NCBI GenBank assembly: GCA_951406725.2
Contig: OX597835.1
Location: forward strand, 46,190,001 to 46,254,000
Direction of reading: 5' to 3'
Source of the DNA: Octopus vulgaris
Taxonomy: Eukaryota
Length of the DNA stretch: 64,000 nt
Positions within the stretch are counted from its first letter, which is position 1. Every line of letters starts with the position of its first letter. Positions 59,681 to 64,000 of this stretch are shown here, in pieces. The notes below the pieces were generated by a model. It did no database searches. It had not been told where the DNA came from and was given only the letters and a program-made list of their open reading frames with translations. The position numbers and the translations under genes were made by a program.

Positions 59681-60025
59681 TTAAATTAAATTTGTTATAA
59701 TAGTGAAAAATATTATATAATCATATACATATAAATATAAAAATATAAAAATGTAAAATATAAAAACTTATACATCATAATGCTACACTTATATAATATA
59801 ATACACATTTGTACAAAAAGGAAGGTAAACAGAACAAAATAAAACAAAATATATAACAGTGTATATATTAATATTAATAAGTACCGATATTATACATATT
59901 TGGCTAATAGTTTTTTTTTTTTATAAAAAAAAAAAGGGCTAACACATATGGAGATGAAAAATAATAATTAAATCCGTGGTACAGTTCATAAAATTCTAAA
60001 GCTATAAACGTTAATAAAAATTACT

Positions 60026-60094
<69 letters not shown>

Positions 60095-61813
60095 CTAATA
60101 AAAATAGATACAGTTAAGTTAGCACCAAGTCCATCCTTTCAAGATCGAAATAACTATGAGTTAAGAAATGCTGACCACTAGGTAAAGAAAATTTAGATTA
60201 ATTCGATTGGCTATTGGTTTGAAATTTAAATCACAAAAGAAAATTATACGGTTGGTTAGTCAGGGAACGCCAATATTCACACACGCATCTACAGATCAAT
60301 CGCACATACACACATAGTTATATGTATATACATACACTTATACACATACATAATCACAAGCAACAACTAGCACTTAGATAAACAAAAAGGGAAGCAACTA
60401 TGCTAACATTTAGTCCTTCAAAATTATAACTGAGCCTCAATAACAAAAAAGAACCATCCATGCATTCTATAAAATATTTAATTTAGATATAAATATATTT
60501 TTAAATATCAGTATGTTACTAATTCAGATAATTATTTCATGGGTAACTTAAAATTTATAACACCGGTTTGTTGCAGAGTAAACATACGGTTGTTAGGTTT
60601 ATCGTAAGTTTGTTATGATTTTAAGTACGCTAAATTATAAAATATAAAATATAAAATATATATTAATTTAAATATTATAAATAAGTCACTTATTAACTTA
60701 ATAAATATAGTGCCATAATATACCAGTTTAGGCATTAAAGAATAGAAGGGGAAGTATTAATGTAAACGCTTATGAGAACATCACAGAAATTTTAAATAAA
60801 TTTTATATTATAAAGACTTAAGATGAAAAGAGATAAAATAAATAAAAAGGAATAAATACGAAGGAATAAATACGGTTATACACATAATTATAAGTACAAA
60901 CTAGTATATATGTATTCATATATTATTAAAATTAAATAAAAATAAATGATAGATATGTATGTATAAAACTACACCAGTATAAGTAAATAAGTAAAAAATA
61001 GATAGGTAACAAATTAGATGACTTGATATGTATGTAAACATCTACACTTAAATAGGCAAATAAATAAATAAATAGAAGACTAGATGCAAAGATTGATAAT
61101 ATTACAATAAAATGGGAAATAAATAAAAATAAATAAAGTGAATATATATATTTTATATTGTTGAAAGTAAATATGTATGGAAGGATAGTTTAAAGTACAG
61201 ATCCAGAGGACTATAGATATAAACTAAATATATGAGGCTGGTAATAATTATAAAGCAAAATGCATGTAAATGAGAAAATGAAAAAAATGAAAAAGGTTTA
61301 TCAGTGAATAGCATAAGATACAAATTAAGGTGAGTACAAAAAGACCAAATATATTATAAAAACCTTCCAAATAAACACATACAAAAAAACTATAATCTCA
61401 ACCTAAACCCACCAAACTCACAAAAGGCTCTCATATATTACATATTATACAATATCATTACATTATCCAGAGCTAGGTATCTAACCAAGATATACATATA
61501 TACTATGCAATATACTATGCAATATTGGAAAACTTCAAAAATCACACATTACAAGGCAAATACCAAAATGAATATGTTATTTTATGTCATATTGCATTTG
61601 TCTTAAAAAAACAAACAAAAACCCACATACAAAAACCAAGAATCAAGAAACCAATAATACTAGACACATCCATTAATTATTATACAAATGTAGCTATAAA
61701 AATTATAAAATTATGAAATTTATAAATTGTATACTTTAGAATTATAGAAGACCACAGGTATATTTAGTTAAAGAAGGGAATTAAAAAATTAATAATAGTG
61801 GAAGTGCTAAGTT

Positions 61814-63866
61814 CTATTTGAATCTAGAAAAGGTGAACGGTAGCCTATGAATACAAAAGAAGTTTTTCTCATTAATGTTGTTAATAATTTGCCGACCCGC
61901 TTTAATAATGAAGAAAATTTCATTAATACATAGAGAGCATTTTTTATTTTTTCCATTATACACAGGTGCTGAAGTTAGTATTTTCCAGTTTAATCTAAAA
62001 TCTAAGTTCTTACTTTTAAGTTCCCAAATGTATGCACTTAGCCCTGTAGAGTACATTCTATTTTTATTCCTAAAAGTATATCTATGATAATTCCATCTTT
62101 GTTTTATGCTATTCATAGTTGCCCCGATATACACCCTACTACTCAATTGTGTATCTACAGTGCATTGGTAAACTACCTCCTTCCTGAGGCATTGATTACC
62201 AAATACACATTTATTTTTATTTCTGCAATTACAAAGATTAACAGAATGAGGAAATCTAAGATTGGACACCACCCCTATACTACTATTCACATTATAAGTG
62301 TTACAATTGTTATCATCATCCAAACCCAAAATCAACGAATGAGTTAATTTCACATTATCGGCTATATTCCTATCACTAGTACTAGTATTGGTAGTAGTAG
62401 TATGATCTATTACATTTATATTATCTCTGACAGGTATGGTGCACTCATTATTAGTAAGGAGGTTGTTCCCATTTGTTCCAAGAAAATTTCTATTCCTATT
62501 ATTAATGAAGAGGGGCAAGTTTTCCTGGTCTAAATTCAATTTTCTATCCTTATAGAAGTGATCCAGTTTCTTGTTATTAAAAGAGGAGATAATGGTGGCT
62601 AGATTATGAGTAATGCTATATCCCACTCTAACAGTACCGTTGTTAATTAAAGGACTAAATTTATTCATATCCTTACCAAAATGCCTAAAAATAACATTAT
62701 GCAAAGCTCTCACTATGTTTGTTTTAATCTGCATTGCATACGGGATAATCAACCAAAGAGTATCCTTATCAGAATTAGGATTGCCTATAGAATTAATGTT
62801 ATTTGTAAAAATCCTATTCGTAGACCAACTCATAGGATTACTATTCTTACCACTGTCATTGTTATATCTATCTATATCAATATTACCATGGTTATTGCGC
62901 AAGTAAACTTTACCATTATCATGTCTACCATAAGTTTTAATTCGTATATTATTATTAATATTACTACTATTACCCGTATGTTTAGATCTATTTGAGCTAC
63001 CGTTCACCTTTCAAGGTTAACGTCACTTCTACATTTATTATAGGTGTTATCATATATTCTATTTTTACTATTCTTATGTATATTGTTGATTATCCTAAAT
63101 CTATTTGTGTTGTTCCTGATAGTTCTACCTCCATTAGGGGGGTTCCCCTTAGGTATAAACCAAATCTTACTTTTATATCCTGCCTTAAGTAATGCTGCAT
63201 TGTATCTATCACAGTGTTTGTTAAAAATTTCCTCGTTTGAGGATAAACTAGAAATTCTCTGACTAATGCTACGCACTAGTGCATTTTTAATTTGAGGGGG
63301 TGATTACTAGAACGGTTAATGTATATTAGGTTAGAATTAAGTTTAATATAGGGTTCATGTAAACCATTAGTAATGTTACAATTAACATCTAAATAATTAG
63401 CAGAAAAATTTTCACTTTCAATGATAATGGATAGGCCGAAGCTTTTAAAAAATTTATTTATTCTTTTTTTCAGAAGATCTAATCTCCTATTTGATGTATT
63501 CCTAACACAAAATAAGGCGTCATCCCTGTATAATCCACCTTTTAATTCAGGGAATTCCCTACTAAAGTTATCTAATAGATACATCCCAACTAGATCAGTC
63601 ACCTCCGCTGAGTCCGGCGATCCCATTGTGATATCGAACAAGTTGGGTGTGTCCTTTCTAGCCCAAAGTTTATTATCAAACTCTATTAAAGTTTTCCTGG
63701 CTGTTAGTATAACCTTAATCTCCCCCATACTTAATTTAGTGTGTTTTCTAGCGAAAATTAAGGACTTATTTAATATAATAGGGTTAATTGAAGTGTAATA
63801 ATTCTGTATATCGAATTGTATAAATTTATTTCTATTATAGCTAAAGTTGTTACTGTCACAGACCAT
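61814..63866 (-). pseudogene. PLE RT-GIY-YIG polyprotein, split by two frameshifts (about 63290 and 63005)
   Basis: Three consecutive ORFs (63866-63276, 63276-63004, 63007-61814) join into RT, thumb, Asn-rich linker and GIY-YIG. Confidence 0.9.
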
Positions 63867-64000
63867 CTATTTTTTACTTATTTACTTATACTGGTGTAGT
63901 TTTATACATACATATCTATCATTTATTTTTATTTAATTTTAATAATATATGAATACATATATACTAGTTTGTACTTATAATTATGTGTATAACCGTATTT

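Larger units (their letters stand above)
59195..63870 (-). mobile_element. Penelope-like retroelement of a second clade (GLYRDD-type RT, C-terminal GIY-YIG) with long 3' UTR
   Basis: RT: FIQFDIQNYYTSI, ITMGSPDSAEVTDLVG, GLYRDDAL, NYLDV, SNHP. EN: CNCRNKNKC..C..EVVYQC..VYIGAT..KQRWNYH..LSAYIWELK..WKIL..CSLCINE..CIH. The 3' boundary is inferred from the TA tract. Confidence 0.85.

Overview
AT-rich, microsatellite-saturated eukaryotic DNA with no supportable host protein-coding exon. It is probably intronic or intergenic. The repeat landscape resembles an octopus/coleoid cephalopod genome (inference). Nearly all ORFs in the supplied track are artefacts of (TA)n, (TG)n, (TAA)n and (GATA)n tracts. 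The real content is mobile DNA. There are four Penelope-like retroelements (PLEs: RT + GIY-YIG) from two clades, several R4/Dong-type non-LTR fragments sitting in (TAA)n, RTE-like LINE remnants, mariner remnants, MITEs/foldbacks and several tRNA-derived SINE families. A 2.2-kb gag-only non-LTR element is inserted with a TSD into a SINE head. The most striking signal is about a dozen minimal type-I hammerhead-ribozyme-like motifs (stem I - core - stem II - GAAA - palindromic stem III - UH). They lie at PLE 3' ends and in short non-coding PLE-like repeats. Their core 3:8 base pair covaries (C-G, U-A, probably G-C), one has a greatly extended stem II, and one is attached to a tRNA-like head. All folds were read by eye and none has been tested for activity.
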